From Paraspadella gotoi (taxonomy: Eukaryota > Animalia > Chaetognatha), in assembly GCA_051294375.1 (NCBI GenBank), contig CM119270.1, forward strand, positions 4,208,301 through 4,272,300: 64,000 nucleotides of DNA. Reading direction: 5' to 3'. Under the pieces are notes generated by a model. That model searched no databases. It was not told where the DNA came from and saw only the letters and a list, made by a program, of their open reading frames with translations. How positions within the stretch are numbered: the first letter of the stretch is position 1; the number at the start of each line of letters is the position of its first letter. The position numbers were made by a program, and so were the translations under genes. Positions 26,095-39,495 of this stretch are shown here, piece by piece.

Positions 26095-29000
26095 CTTTCA
26101 TGAGGAAAAAGGAGGAAGAAGGAGGAGGCTAAAGGTTGTCAAAAGTTTCCTATCCAATGACCTTGGGAAAGCCTATATTACAAGAAAAACATATTATCAA
26201 TGAAAGACAGTAAATAATATTATTAAGCAATCAAGTATCTGGAATTATTAATCAGAGCAAGCGCAGGCTACAAAGAAATTGAAAATTGGATAAAATAAAA
26301 CGGAAAGTTTGTCGAAAAGGCATGAAGATTAATTTTTTTAGCCCACGTTAGTAATTCCCGAGAGGGCAGAGGTATCTCTATTCTATATTATGCCTCATTT
26401 TAGCAATATTAGTCTAGATTTAATCTACATGACGATTCATACTAGCGGAATTTTCAGATATAAAGTTTTCCAAATTATTCCCAAAAGAGCGCGAGACCCA
26501 AAGTCCCTCTGTCGCAAGAATGGCGCAAATCTTGTTAGTTATCTTTAATTATTTTCAAATTCGAAAGTAGCAGGTTGAGTTGTTGGTCTTCGCTCAAAAA
26601 AAAAAAGGAAAGAAAATTAGGCGTCGAAGAGGAGCGAGTGAATATAAGTACAAACTTTAGTCAAAAAGTTCAAAGAAAGAAACTTCGGCACTATCTATTT
26701 CTAAAAGAGCTCCATTTTCTGTTCCTCATAATCTTTAAATATAGCTGATAATAAATTTTTAAATATTTAATTCAATCACTAACTTTTAATCCCTTAATGC
26801 TCTTGATTCCATAATCCTTATCTAAATTCTAACTTAATCCTGAAATCCTTAATACACACCCTATTCGCTTAACCAAAACATTATCCAAATTCCTATGAAA
26901 ATCCCTAATTCAATTCTTATCTTAAATACTATCGTCCTAACCCTATTAACCTACTCTATAGATTGGAAAAAATACACTTAATTCGGAATTCATTGCTGAA
27001 CAGGGACGCCTAGGGAAGAAGGCCGAAAATTTTAAACGCCAGAGGTCCCTTGAGAAGCGATCGAGAAGAAACTTGGGTTCGACGATCCAGAAAATGGAAC
27101 AAGTTTTAATTTTTTTAAATAATTCTTTTTAGTTCCGCCGCGAGTGACCTCGCGGAGCAACTCTATAATGTGACTTTTCGGTCGGTCTGCGGTCGGTCCG
27201 TCCTGTCGGTCAATGTCTGTCCGTCGGTCTGTTCCACTTATATTAAAAATGCATAATACTTGCCTATAGTTGGTTCTCATTGACATTAGAAAAACTATAT
27301 AATAATAAAGTAACTTGCGGCGCAACACATTTGGAATTACCGTTCTTAGTTGATTTTTTTTTTTTGGTTTTCTACCCATTAGTATTTCTCTTGTTTTTTC
27401 CAGTTTCACTTAAAGTATTAGTACACTTAAATTTTTTCTTTTTTTTTTTTTGAAAAGCGCCGGGCAGATTTCCAAGTAAATATAATTGTATTTTTCTTTT
27501 TTCACGCTTTGTCTGTTACTTTGAATTCACAGTTTGTTATTCTTAGCCGAGGAATCCGCTTTTCATCTAAAATCTATCTAATCTATCTAGTCTATCTATC
27601 ATCCTAATCTATCTATCTATCTATCTATCTTCTATCTAATACTGCAATCATCCGACATTTCTACTCTTTTTTGCAAATTTTTGACTATCTAGTTTCCTCA
27701 AACCATAAAATCGAATAAAATATTAAAAGACTTATATTGCTGACTGTCCGACTTTAATAAAACCATTCATTAAACCATTGAGAAATATAAACACAAACGT
27801 AAATATTGTGCTGCTGAATGCAACAGTATAAAAATGTCACGTGATACCTAAAGCGCGGCGACGCTCAAGTCATATATTAAACGCTTAATATCTATTAACC
27901 TTCTTAACTATAGAAACTAATGCACCATAATGTATTGAGTTTTTAAACGTTGGGTCCCACAATCAAAAAATTTAAAAATACCATATTATAAATTACAATT
28001 CGCGAACCAAAAAAAAAAAACTAAAAAAACACATTTTCCTTTAAAATTATTATTTTATTTTTTAGCTTTTTACACTTCTCAGTCGTTACTTTGGTTAAAC
28101 CCCGAGCACGCATATAATTAGTTTAGCATGCAATTCTCGAGCCGAGCAACTAGATACAATTAAATATAGACTAGTAAGGCGTCTATTGTAAATGCTATAA
28201 AGACCTAAAAAAAAAAAGCGTTATCACAGAGATTATGCACCTACCATGAGTAAAAGGCACAATCGGAACCCGGAGTTGGCTCGACGCGCGGAATGTTTAA
28301 GTATCATACACTACTCACATTAAACGATATCAAAAATCGCTTAAGCGCGACCATGGCCAATATTAATCGCACCTTGTTTTCTAAACCATCCGAGTTTTCC
28401 AAAATTACACGCCAACAAAATACAGAAAATTATTACTAAAATAACCTTTGACCAAATGTTTACTTGTTCACAGCCTCAAAACCCCCGATTTTCAAACTTT
28501 TGAGGCACTCGATCGCTCTACCTGAAATGCCGTATGAGCAGAAAAACCTTTCCAACTCGATACTGAGATAAATCTACCAAGAGGCTCGAAAGTCGCGTAC
28601 AAAAAAAAAAAAAAGCGGAAGAAACGTACGTTTCAAGGCCCGATTACAGCAGTAAAAAGAATATCAACCAGTTGCCACATTGCCGGTGTAAAAATGTGTA
28701 ACTCCGCTAGAACTAGGTTTTCCCAGAATGCCGCGCGATCAAACCACAAAAAACAAATGAGCACCCGTGAAACTGAATGCAAACTAAAGAAAAAAAAAAC
28801 AAACACGAAAAAAACAAAACCATTCTCGAATCGTCTCTCAGCAGCGGGGCGTTTCTTTTTCAAAACAACCCTTTTTTTTTTAATCTAATTTATAGGTAAA
28901 CAATCTTAAAAAATGAGTATCATATAGTTAAATATTTTTTACGTTTCGAGAATGCATTAATAAACAGATAATAGTAATGAAAAGTAATAATTATTAAATA

Positions 29001-29384
29001 GTCGGAAGTGTAAAACCGAAAGAAAAAAAGAAAATTACAATTTCATGTCGATAAAAAGAGAGAAATTCCGCTCCTCAACGCGAAAATACTATGTTGATAA
29101 TACACCTCTTTCGGTAAACAGTTTAGAAAATACACCGCCCTTGCTAACGCTTTTGGTCAAATGTTAACCAGAAAAATCGTCCAATGAAATACATCATCCT
29201 AACGAAAAATGACAACGTTAATTATCTATTTTGACTTAGCATTTTAATTAACAAGTTTGACAGAGTTTAATTAACAATTTAACAATTGAGATTAAACAGT
29301 TTCAGTAACTAACCCCGATTACTAACTTCCCTTAAGACTCTATTTTTATTAATTTTCTCTTTCTTTCGTTCTGTCTTTCCTTAA

Positions 29385-30263
29385 CGCGAGTAGCACCGCC
29401 ACCTCCCGTCCTACTGTGACCTCTACTTTCCATTCACAGCACTATTGGCCCTCAATCAGTTGGCGTCCTAGACCCTAGCTCCTGAATTGCTTTCCGCCTT
29501 TGCGTCTGTAATCCTCGGGTGATCAGATGGTTTGCTGAATGTCGATACTCGCTAGCCTACCGCATCCAATGGCCATGTTTAAGCGCCAGATTGCTCCACC
29601 ATCGGCCGCCACTGTTCTCTCGACGTTGTCCTCCAATCTCCTTTTCTCTCGGTCGTCCCAAAACTCCGCTCAGTCACGTTAATTCCCCGCCGATGAACGA
29701 GCCCCGTCTCCGCCCTAATCTGAGGGCTGACTGGACCCGAGACGGCCCTTCGTCTCTCCCAGGCCGAAATCGTCAAAGGTTCGTTTCACTCTCATGTTTC
29801 CAAGGGAGAACGCAGATGCCGCAAGCAGGCCTCCAACGCCTTCCAGTGCCTCTCTCTCCGGCCAGCATGTCCTCGGTGGATGGAAGTTCCATGCCGTCCT
29901 CGATGTGCCTCCAAAACTTCTCCGCCTGAATCGTCTGAAGTTCGAACGAGAGCTGTTGAAAAGGCACGGATCAGAGGACGTGCCTTCGGCCAGCTCTGTC
30001 CGCAAACGCACCACCATGCGCCGAGTCGATATCCAGCGACTCCGTCCGAGAGTAAGGGAGCTGAGCGGCTTCATTGAGATGCGAAAACCCGATCAGGGTC
30101 GGTGCGCCAGATCGTTCGACCTCGGGGGCTGGGCGCCGGTCGGCACGCTGTGGTCGAGTCGGCCGTGCGTCCGCCTATCAGCAACCCGCTGTGGCGGCGG
30201 GTGCGGCGCCTGCCTCGCGGGCTTTTTTTCTTTGTCGTCAGGTCTTGGCCGGCGAGCTCTATG
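29385..30263 (-). pseudogene. SNAP25: SNAP-25-like, inverted noisier copy (probably redundant read)
   Basis: ORF fragments ISTRRMV, HIEDGME..STEDMLAGE, CGICVLPWK; colinear with 13335-14042. Confidence 0.75.
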
Positions 30264-31347
30264 TTGGAGAAATGGTTCGTTGCTGTATGGAGATTTATCG
30301 GTCTGTTTTGTTATTGTAGATATGCAATCGAAGTCGGTGGATAGAATATCTCATGTTTGAAAAAGCGTAAAGGGGACAATAAAGAATACAATTAGCATGT
30401 ACAATCAGACAGCGATTATACAATGTTTTAGTGACAATTTTGTTAATATAATGTGCGTCCTTGTCTCGCACACACCACAAAAACAACTGCACCCTAAAAA
30501 CTTATACGCCAGTGCGTTTTCTGTCGATTCTAACAACGTAAGATGTTTATTCAATGCGAAAACACCAGTAGATACCACCGTTTATTAAAATCCAACCAAA
30601 ATAAAACGTTATATGTGTCGAGTGAGGGCTTTCGCCTGGCGGTGGGCCGCGATTTCTGAAAAAGGAGAGAGAAATATTTTTGGAGTGCGATTACGGGATG
30701 ACAAAACATGGTTAAGAGGGCAGCAGCTGGGTCAGAAGATCCCATACGGTCGTGTGTTTGTCAGATCGACCTATATCTAGTGGTATTAAGGAACGCTTCC
30801 GTAATTTATGAGCGAACGCGCGTGCACCACGGCGACTCGCCGGATGGCCTCATGAGCTTCTATGCTCATCAGAGCTGACAGACTCGAGATTCCAGTAGTG
30901 AAACCTCGAGATTCAAGCTGGAAACTTTTGTCACGGTTCAAACGGAAATGAACTCCAGGGGTATGAGGAAAAGCATGACTTGGTTTCTCCGTGAATTAAT
31001 TTGGTATAGATTGAATGGTGAATCTTTTTCAACCGTCACGCTTTGTTATGAGTTGGAGAATATTCTTGAAATTTAGCGGAAGGAAAAGGTTCAGACTGCA
31101 CAGAGAGAGTTCGTAAAGCGATCGTCTTTATTTTGATGGTAATCAAACTTGAAGGTTCGTGAGTAAGCTAACCGACCAACGCGAATGTCAATGCTCGTTT
31201 CAAAAATAACCAAAAAAGAGGTATGGAAAAAAACGATACGCATGCCACAGTTAGACAATACGCCACGGGCGGTGGCGAGGATGAGATGGAGAGAGAGAGG
31301 ATGAAAGAAGGAGAGAGAAGAAGAGAGAGAGGAGAGAGATAGAGAGA

Positions 31348-31381
<34 letters not shown>

Positions 31382-31837
31382 GCTGAGAAGAGAAACGCGA
31401 ACGGAAGACGAGAAACGCAATAGCGAAATGAAGACGCAATAATAGTCTCTCTCTCTCTCTCTTCTCTCTCTTCTCTCTCTCTCTCTCTCTCTCTCTTCTC
31501 CTCTCTCTCTTTCTCAAGGGTCACCATGCCCCCCTCTCTTCGCGCCATTTATCCGTTCTCCACTTTCCGTCGTTTCCTTTTATTTTTTTTTCTTCTCTAT
31601 TTTTTCTCCTTTTCTTTCTTTTCTTTTCTTTTCTTTCTTCCTCTTTTTTTTTTAATTTTTTTTTATTTTTCCTCCCTTTAGTATTGTGAAAGTCCGGGAC
31701 TACCATCTACAACTCAGATGCTCTTTTATATAGGAGATATCGACGTTCGTCTCTTTCTCTCTTTTGCGGTCATTCCAGATTCTGCGTTGAAATGGGATTT
31801 TTTTTATTTGTTTAATATTGCTTCTTTGATTATTATA

Positions 31838-31966
31838 ATATTTTCTATATTTATGGTCGGATTTTTTTGAAACTTTAAAATAGCAATATTGCCACCCATC
31901 TACATTGGCCGGTCAAAGAATATATTAAAAAAACCTCTGACTTTTTTCGTCAGAGCTTAGTCCTAG
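31838..31966 (+). repeat. 3' part of an interspersed repeat (intact copy at 58745-59052)
   Basis: ctatatttatggtc...cgtcagagcttagtcct matches 58930-59050; the 5' part lies inverted at 23297-23490. Confidence 0.8.
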
Positions 31967-32061
31967 TAAGGGAGAGAGAAAGAGAGAGAGAGAGAGAAAG
32001 ATTATTAAAATTTGATGAGTTTGATAAGTTTACATCGACGCCTCTCCCAAACTTCCCCAAG

Positions 32062-32455
32062 CTTCGCCCCTTGGGTCGGCCGCATTTTCGCCACCGGCCG
32101 CCTTAAGGACATCTTCGCTACCCTCGACTACCTTCGCTCCTACATCGACGAGTCGCTGGAGCAACACCGAAAGACCCTCAATCCGGAGGAGCCGCGGGAC
32201 CTGATCGACGCTGTCGTTATTGAACGGCTCCAGCGACCCGGAGCGGCGCACCTCTCCGACGGCAACGTGCGACAGACCATCCTTGATCTGTTCTTCGCCG
32301 GAACGGACACCACCTCCAGCTTGATGCTGTGGACGGTGGCGTGGTTTCTGCATCGCCCGGATGTGAAGGCCAAGTTGGTGGAAGAAGTGAAGGAGATCGT
32401 CGGCGTGGACGGAGCGCCCTCGCTCACGGAGCTTCATCGCTTTCATTACCTGCAA
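32062..32455 (+). CDS. Cytochrome P450 exon 4 (G-I-J helices)
   Basis: Acceptor cttccccaag|; EEPRDLIDA, ILDLFFAGTDTTS (I-helix AGxDTT); donor CAA|gtaagg, phase 0. Confidence 0.95.
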
Positions 32456-32931
32456 GTAAGGGAGAACGTCTCTGTCTCTCTCTCGCATTTTGGGTCGGAC
32501 GGTCTGCCTTCATTATATTTTCAAGTTTTATGTAGTTACACTACGACTTGGTTCGAAGATCTTTCACTTAATTTACATTGTATATTGTTTTGCTTTTGTT
32601 TTATACTTTCCTAAAACTATTATCATAGGGAAATATGATCAGAAAATCAATGACAAACTTTGAGATGAATTTAAAAATGCAATGACTATTTAATACTTAA
32701 TGGTAAAGTAATTACGTGTATATAGAAATATATAAATAATAAGTTAATGGATCTTACTTTATATTATATCAAGTTATCGGCGATATACTTGAAATTTTTT
32801 TTCATGTATATAATTTTTTAGGTCAGTGGTCCAGTGGTTCCCTCTATCTTGTCACTTTATATTTAATTCTTCACGTGATCCCCAAGAGAGTTCCTCCAAC
32901 ACGGCAACATTCCCTCCATCCACTCATTCAG

Positions 32932-33119
32932 GCCTTCCTCGACGAGGTCGCTCGAGACTCCACCATCGTCGACGTGGGCGTGCCCCACCGCGCCACCAAA
33001 CCCGTCGTCCGCTTGGGAGGATTCGACATCCCGGACGACGTCGTCGTCGTTGCTAATTTGTGGGGAATTCATCACGACCCGGATTTGTGGGAGAAACCAA
33101 TGGAGTTCAGGCCCGAGAG
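32932..33119 (+). CDS. Cytochrome P450 exon 5 (K helix to PERF)
   Basis: Acceptor cattcag|; AFLDEVAR (ExxR), NLWGIHHDPDLWEKPMEFRPE; donor AG|gtttaa, phase 2. Confidence 0.95.
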
Positions 33120-33151
33120 GTTTAATCAGGGGCAGGGGAGGATTATAAATA

Positions 33152-34137
33152 CACATCTGCTCAAAAAAAAGTTTAATAGTGAGGATAAAAGCATTTTATT
33201 TTGGTATTTGAGGGAAAATAATACTTTTTAGGATTCAGTTAGTTAATGCATTGTCGGACCACCATTTGTTTCCAGCACCGTTTCCATGTGACGAGGGAAA
33301 GAATCGTAGAGGCTGGGCAAATATGAAGGGTTCAGCTCCCCCAAATGTGTTTTAAAATTTTTTCAATTTTGTTGATTGTCATTGCGTTGTTCTGCAAAAT
33401 GTCCATTTTCATCCTTTTCCAGACATTTTTGCTGATGTTGCAGTCAGGCAAGTTTCCGGGCTAACCTTCAAGCATCTCCATCCTGTTTTCCTCATGAAAT
33501 TTTTGGGGGGTTTTGGCTTTGTATCCAGGAGCTCTATCCTCCATGAAAAGCGCCCATTCGCTGTTGAACAAATCCTCTTTTTTTATACTGGCTTGCAGAA
33601 GCCTTAAGTTAAGGTCTTGAACTGCGAGATTTTCCAGGTCATTGTCCTTGCTCTCCGTGGACATGCAAGGCCGCTTGCTTCCAACAGCTGGTCCAAGGTA
33701 TCCAATTGCTTCAAATTTGTTGACAACTCTGCAGATGGCTGTAGGAAAGAAATAAAGCTGTTTGGCAATCCTATATCTTGACAAACCCGCCTTCCAAAGC
33801 TCAACAATTGCAGATTTCTTCTTGGGGTTTAGCTGTTTTGAAGTTTCCATGGTAAAAAAATACAGAAAAACACAAAACAAAGATGGATAAAAAAATTTTT
33901 TCTCGAAAAAATAAGAAATTGTAATATAAAATTTCGATCCTTTTTTTAATTTTAGCACTGCTTCTATAATATTTCGCCTAAAAACCTAGTCATGGGCTCG
34001 AACGAAAGATATTTGTCTTGGCTTTCAAATGAATCCAAGTTTTATTTAATAGGACGACAAACAAGTGAGATAGTATTACTATTAGTATTACTATTAGTAG
34101 GGGGTTCAAAGTTTAAACTTTTTTTTGAGCAGATCTG
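33152..34137 (-). mobile_element. Tc1/mariner transposon relic in CYP intron 5
   Basis: TA|CACATCTGCTCAAAAAAAAGTTTAA ... TTAAACTTTTTTTTGAGCAGATCTG|TA (~25-bp TIRs, TA TSD). Confidence 0.9.
33243..33850 (-). pseudogene. Internally deleted Tc1 transposase
   Basis: HTH N-terminus (KKSAIVELWKAGLSRYRIAKQL) joined directly to FMEDRAPGYKAK and *PGNLPDCNISKNVW (decayed QDNAPxH and WPxxSPDLNPIENxW); stop codons; region of the first catalytic D missing. Confidence 0.85.
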
Positions 34138-34331
34138 TAGATCGCCATCAATCAAAGACTCATCCCATCAATCATCCAATCAACTCAATCAATCAANNNN
34201 NNNNNNGCAGACTTGACTTTGCGACCTAAAACGACTTCCACAAGAACTATAAATAGATCGCCTTCAATCAAAGAGTCGTCCCATCAATCATCCAATATAC
34301 TCAATCAATCAATAAACTCCTTTTCCCCCAG

Positions 34332-34572
34332 ATTCCTAGATTCCGCCGGCCACTATCGCAAGAACGAAAATCTGATGCCCTTCGGCGTTGGCACCAGGCG
34401 ATGCCTGGGAGAGAAGCTCGCTCGCCTGGAGGCCTTCATCTTCACCGTCCGCCTGCTTCAGCGGGTGGAGCTTCGCGTCGCGCCGGGCACTAAGCTGCCC
34501 GACATGAACGGACGAAAACCGATAGCGAGGGCGCCGGGGAGGTATCAAATCGTGGCCTCCGCTGTGGAATGA
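34332..34572 (+). CDS. Cytochrome P450 exon 6 (heme-binding, terminal)
   Basis: Acceptor ttttcccccag|A completes PERF Arg; PFGVGTRRCLGEKLARLE (FxxGxRxCxG); TGA at 34570-34572; AATAAA downstream at ~34645-34665. Confidence 0.95.
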
Positions 34573-35648
34573 ATAGAACGGAAAGGAGGAGTGAGAAGTG
34601 AAGAACTGAGAGAAGTTGATAGCATAATTAATCAAAGAAGATTAAATAAAATATTAAATAAATAAATAATAGTTTGGAGATTTAAATCTTAGAAATGAAT
34701 GGAAATTGTTGAATTGCGGCGTCCACAGAATGTACTTCTTTTTTTACACTTTTCGGTTATTATTATTCTGATTGGGAATAGATATTGTCGAGATTTGTTT
34801 ACTATCTTTTTGTTACTATGATAAGTGTTAAAATGACCGGGCAGAGATATATTATTGTGCGTGTACGGGTGGGCTCACCAATGGGGAGAAGACTACGACG
34901 AGTTGAGCGGATCTCCATCCTTTGCTCACAAGTTTAAGAACTAATGACATGACATTGAAATCCCAATCCGGTATTCTTGTATGAGACAGCTAGGCGCGAA
35001 CGATGGCCCTTTTACTTCAAGAAGATCGCGAACTACCATCGGCCCACAATTTAACATACAATGGCAACTTTTTAAATTTTCTTTTGCCAGATTAGAAATA
35101 CTAACAAATACAATAGTAACTCTGAAGTGTTCTTTTTTTTTTAAATCTCCCAAATCCTTCATTCTCTCCGCCACCTGGCTTCAACCTTGAGAATCGAACA
35201 AAAGACACTCACCTCTAAAATCCGAATCGTTCTCCAGGGTTGTTTTTATCAAAACCCGTTCCTCTTCCCTCGTCCTCCCGTCGTCCCTAATTTACTGCTC
35301 TCATCCTCTTCCTTTCCCCCCGATTTTCGCTGATTTTTCCTCTCTCTCTCTGTCTCTCTCTCACTCTCTCGCTCTCTGTATTAATGTTATCTGTAAGTCC
35401 GGCTCCTCACATCACACACCCACCAAGTTGTTCGCCTCCGGGGAGAAGCAGTTTGGAAAAACTCGAGGGCGAACCTACTTTTTTCCCAATTTTTCTTTAG
35501 TTTAAAAAATAAAAACTTATTAAATTTTCTTTCTTTTTTTTTTCTTCGACTCAAAAAATCTGAGACGACACACAAACGCGAGAAGGAAAAAAATATCCCG
35601 CTTCTTTTTTCGCTGACGAAACGGCTCTCTCATCTCTCTCCTCTCTCT

Positions 35649-35708
<60 letters not shown>

Positions 35709-36304
35709 TCATGCTGCCCAAAACTTTTCCCCACGGACATGTAAAAAATAAAGAAGTATCGGGGAGATAAAAATCAAAGATGTAAAAAAAATAAAAGAAT
35801 AAAAATAAAGATCTTTGGACGTAAATCTGAGGCAAAAAGCCAAATCTGCTTCCGAGTCTCGAGCAGCGAATTTTGACCGGGAGAGAAAAGATAAAAATAT
35901 AACTAAAATCATAATAATCTTTTTTTTTTCAGATAATTTTCGAAAGATTTCATTTTTTAAAAAGTTTTTTTTTTTTTCGAAAGATTTACTTTTTTTTTAT
36001 CTTTCACTGGTCGGATTATCCAATCTTCTCGGACCGATATTTGTTCAAGCTGCTTTTTGAACTACATTTTCGCATTCACCGAAAAAAAATAAAAATCAAA
36101 ATAATTTCGAATCAGCAGCTTCGATGATTTTCTTTGGTTACGCGAAGTTGAAGCGGCCTTTGAACATATCAACCTGATTAATATTTGGTTGATTTGTATG
36201 CAAATTGAGTTAATAAATCTGATGAAACTAAAAATGATTAGCAAGGTCATTTGTGCCCTGATAAAACTCTTTTTTTTTCAAATTTGCGTAGGAAATTTTT
36301 GCGG

Positions 36305-36426
<122 letters not shown>

Positions 36427-37854
36427 AAGTTTGCAAGAAGCCCTGTTGTCGCTGAAGGCAGCGACGGCGACAAATTGTTGACGAAATGAGGATGAAATTT
36501 CGGGCCACAAATTTGAGGGTTTTTGAGCCAAAGAGTGAAACGGAATTCTGAGTGGGTGATTCTCACAGAAAGAGTGAGTTTAAGGGGTAAAGGCGACTCG
36601 AGATTCAAAAATGAAGTCAAGGTCAAAATCGAAAACGAATTAAATTTCCAATCGGATTTTTACCCCCGAAAAAAAAGTAAGCCGGAAATTAAATAAACTT
36701 TTCACGAATTTCTATCGACTGGATTTTCAGATAAAAATATCGTTTACTTTTTTTCTTCTGTTCGCTCGAACTTTAAAATTAATTTACTGTTATTAATTTA
36801 AACTACAATTTTCCTTCAATTTTCTGGAATACAACTTAATACGAGTCTCGAGACAAATTTGACAAAAACCAATAAATATACTGACGATACATCGTCCCCG
36901 CTCTTTAGTTGTTTAAGATAATTGGATTACCTCCAAGAATTCACACGAATAAAAATAGAGCCAAGCTTTGAAACGTTTACAAAATGACTAACTCCTCAAT
37001 CTGACAATATTAAAATACTGACTAAACTAATCCATTGAAATATAAAAAAAAGTAAAAGAATGATAACAATTTAAATGAAAAAAATTTAAGAAAAAAGACA
37101 AATAAAAAAATATTTTTTCTCCGAAACGAATTGGATTCATTGTTCCGCCCAACCGCATCAACATCACGGAAGCATTCATCCTCCTACATCAGCCACATTC
37201 TTCGCCAACTACATCACTCTTTCCTCTTTATCACTCGACAATCTCTATCGCTCGCTATCACCGTCGGTTTTTCCTTCGTGTTCTTCCCAATTTACTCGTG
37301 AGCTTTGAGAATGTTTTGCTTCATCAGTGATACCTTTTTTTTTTCTTTTTCCTTTTGAGCTAAAAAAAAAAAAACNNNNNNNNNNNNNNNNNNNNNNNNN
37401 NNNNNNNNNNNNNNNNNNNNNNNNNNNNNNNNNNNNNNNNNNNNNNNNNNNNNNNNNNNNNNNNNNNNNNNNNNNNNNNNNNNNNNNNNNNNNNNNNNNN
37501 NNNNNNNNNNNNNNNNNNNNNNNNNNNNNNNNNNNNNNNNNNNNNNNNNNNNNNNNNNNNNNNNNNNNNNNNNNNNNNNNNNNNNNNNNNNNNNNNNNNN
37601 NNNNNNNNNNNNNNNNNNNNNNNNNNNNNNNNNNNNNNNNNNNNNNNNNNNNNNNNNNNNNNNNNNNNNNNNNNNNNNNNNNNNNNNNNNNNNNNNNNNN
37701 NNNNNNNNNNNNNNNNNNNNNNNNNNNNNNNNNNNNNCCGCCGATCGCAAATCGCTCTTTACAATCCCCAAACTTTTTTTCTTTTTCTTTTTTCAAGTTT
37801 CGTTGTTTCTCTTCGAATCCGAAGCGCATTCTGCCCCTTCAGTCATCCGCGTGA

Positions 37855-37899
37855 TTATCATCATCTTCATCATCCTCATCATCATCATCATCATCATCC

Positions 37900-37940
<41 letters not shown>

Positions 37941-38100
37941 GGCGTTGTCGTCGTCATCTTCTGAATTATCATCATTATCTTCATCGCCGTAATCATCATC
38001 ATCATCACATCGTCATAACTTAATCATCCTAATCATCTTTATCATCGTTATTATCATCGTCATCAGTTTTAATGATCATCGTCATCATCCAAATCATCTG
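37855..38100 (+). repeat. (CAT)n microsatellite, degenerate at 3' end
   Basis: catcatcat runs. Confidence 0.9.
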
Positions 38101-38577
38101 AAGGCCCAGACAGGACCGAGGTTCGAGCCCTCGGCACTCAATTCCGCCCGATTGTCTACAGGGCGTTTCGTGTTAAGCGAGATTTTTCTTTTTGACTTCC
38201 CCCACGTTTAATTTTCTTCCTCCCACAATCAAAAATATAGACTTATATAAAACAGCGCATTGAATTTTAACTTGAAAATATTTATCCATGACATAATCAA
38301 AAGGCGGGGTTTTTTTTTATTTTTAAAATTATTGCGTTTTGATTTTATTTCTTCGGGTTATTTTCGCGGGCGTTTTGGTTTTCGAACAGTTTTAAATGTA
38401 CTTCCCCCCCCCCCGAAAAACATTTATTTAAAAAAAAAAATCCATCGGAATTTAAAAATCACATCACGTGTTTGTGGTTGTCGTCGTCGTCGTTGTTGTT
38501 GTCGTCAGCTTCGACGTTTCCTTCCGAGATAAAACTGGTGACCCTGGCTCGTTTTATTTTCATCCGCCATCTTCATT

Positions 38578-38752
38578 TCAACTTAATCTCAACTTGGTCT
38601 CAACTGAATCTCAACTAAATATAAACTGAATCTAAACTGAATCTCGACTGAATCTCAACCGAATATAAACTGAATCTAAACTGAATCTCGACTAAATCTC
38701 AAATAATTCTCAACTAAATATAAACTATGACTCAACTGGGTCTCAACTAAAT
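38578..38752 (+). repeat. ~10-bp minisatellite (AACTGAATCT)
   Basis: Repeated (C)AACTGAATCT variants with a higher-order duplication of atataaactgaatctaaactgaatctcgact. Confidence 0.85.
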
Positions 38753-39147
38753 TTCATCCTCATCTGGTCAAGTTCATCCCAGTCAATGTTATCACGTTCG
38801 CTTTAATCTCAACAACGGACATGCGTGAGCGAGATCATCCATCCTGAAATTCTTGATCTTAAAAGTTTGAAATTTTCAACGTTGATCACGTTTCCAGATT
38901 CGACGAAATTCCTCTTCACAGTTTTCCAATTATCAGTTCACCGCCTCTTCACTTCTTCTACTTAATTTCTCGCCTCCTTAAACTTTCACCTTCTCATCTC
39001 TACTCTTCACCTTCTCATCTCATCATCTCAACAATTCATCTCAACTCTTCAACTAATCTCGCGCCAAATAGTCCCTTCCGCCCAACGAGTTCCATTTTCT
39101 GCCAAAATCCGTCGCCGACTCAGCGAGAGCAATCCACCATCAAACGG

Positions 39148-39224
<77 letters not shown>

Positions 39225-39352
39225 ACTCTCTTTGCTTGTCACGAAATCATCTCTCTTCCTTCATTTTGCAAAGTGTTTTTCTCTGCAGCGTCATCATTGT
39301 TATCAGTGAAGAGAGAGAGAGAGATGAGAGGAGAGAGAGAGAGAGAGAGAAG

Positions 39353-39392
<40 letters not shown>

Positions 39393-39463
39393 GAGAAAAG
39401 AGGGGAGAGAGAGAAAGAGAGAAAAGAGTGGAGAGAGAGAGAAAGAGACAGAGAGGAGAGGAG

Positions 39464-39495
<32 letters not shown>

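Larger units (their letters stand above)
23297..31835 (-). repeat. 8.5-kb inverted duplicate of 11998-16075 joined to 19370-23050
   Basis: 27115-31835 is the reverse complement of 11998-16075 and 23550-27115 that of 19370-23050; the block starts at an N gap (23272-23296). Confidence 0.9.

Noticed and set aside
34138-34316. ~60-bp direct repeat either side of the 34197-34206 gap
   Set aside because: Flanks a tiny N gap; most likely contig-end overlap or a simple local duplication.
38110-38140. tRNA gene (GGTTCGAGCCC B-box)
   Set aside because: No cloverleaf or clear A-box; at most a SINE fragment.
38578-38752. CRISPR-like periodicity
   Set aside because: Head-to-tail 10-bp units with no unique spacers, eukaryotic context, no cas genes.
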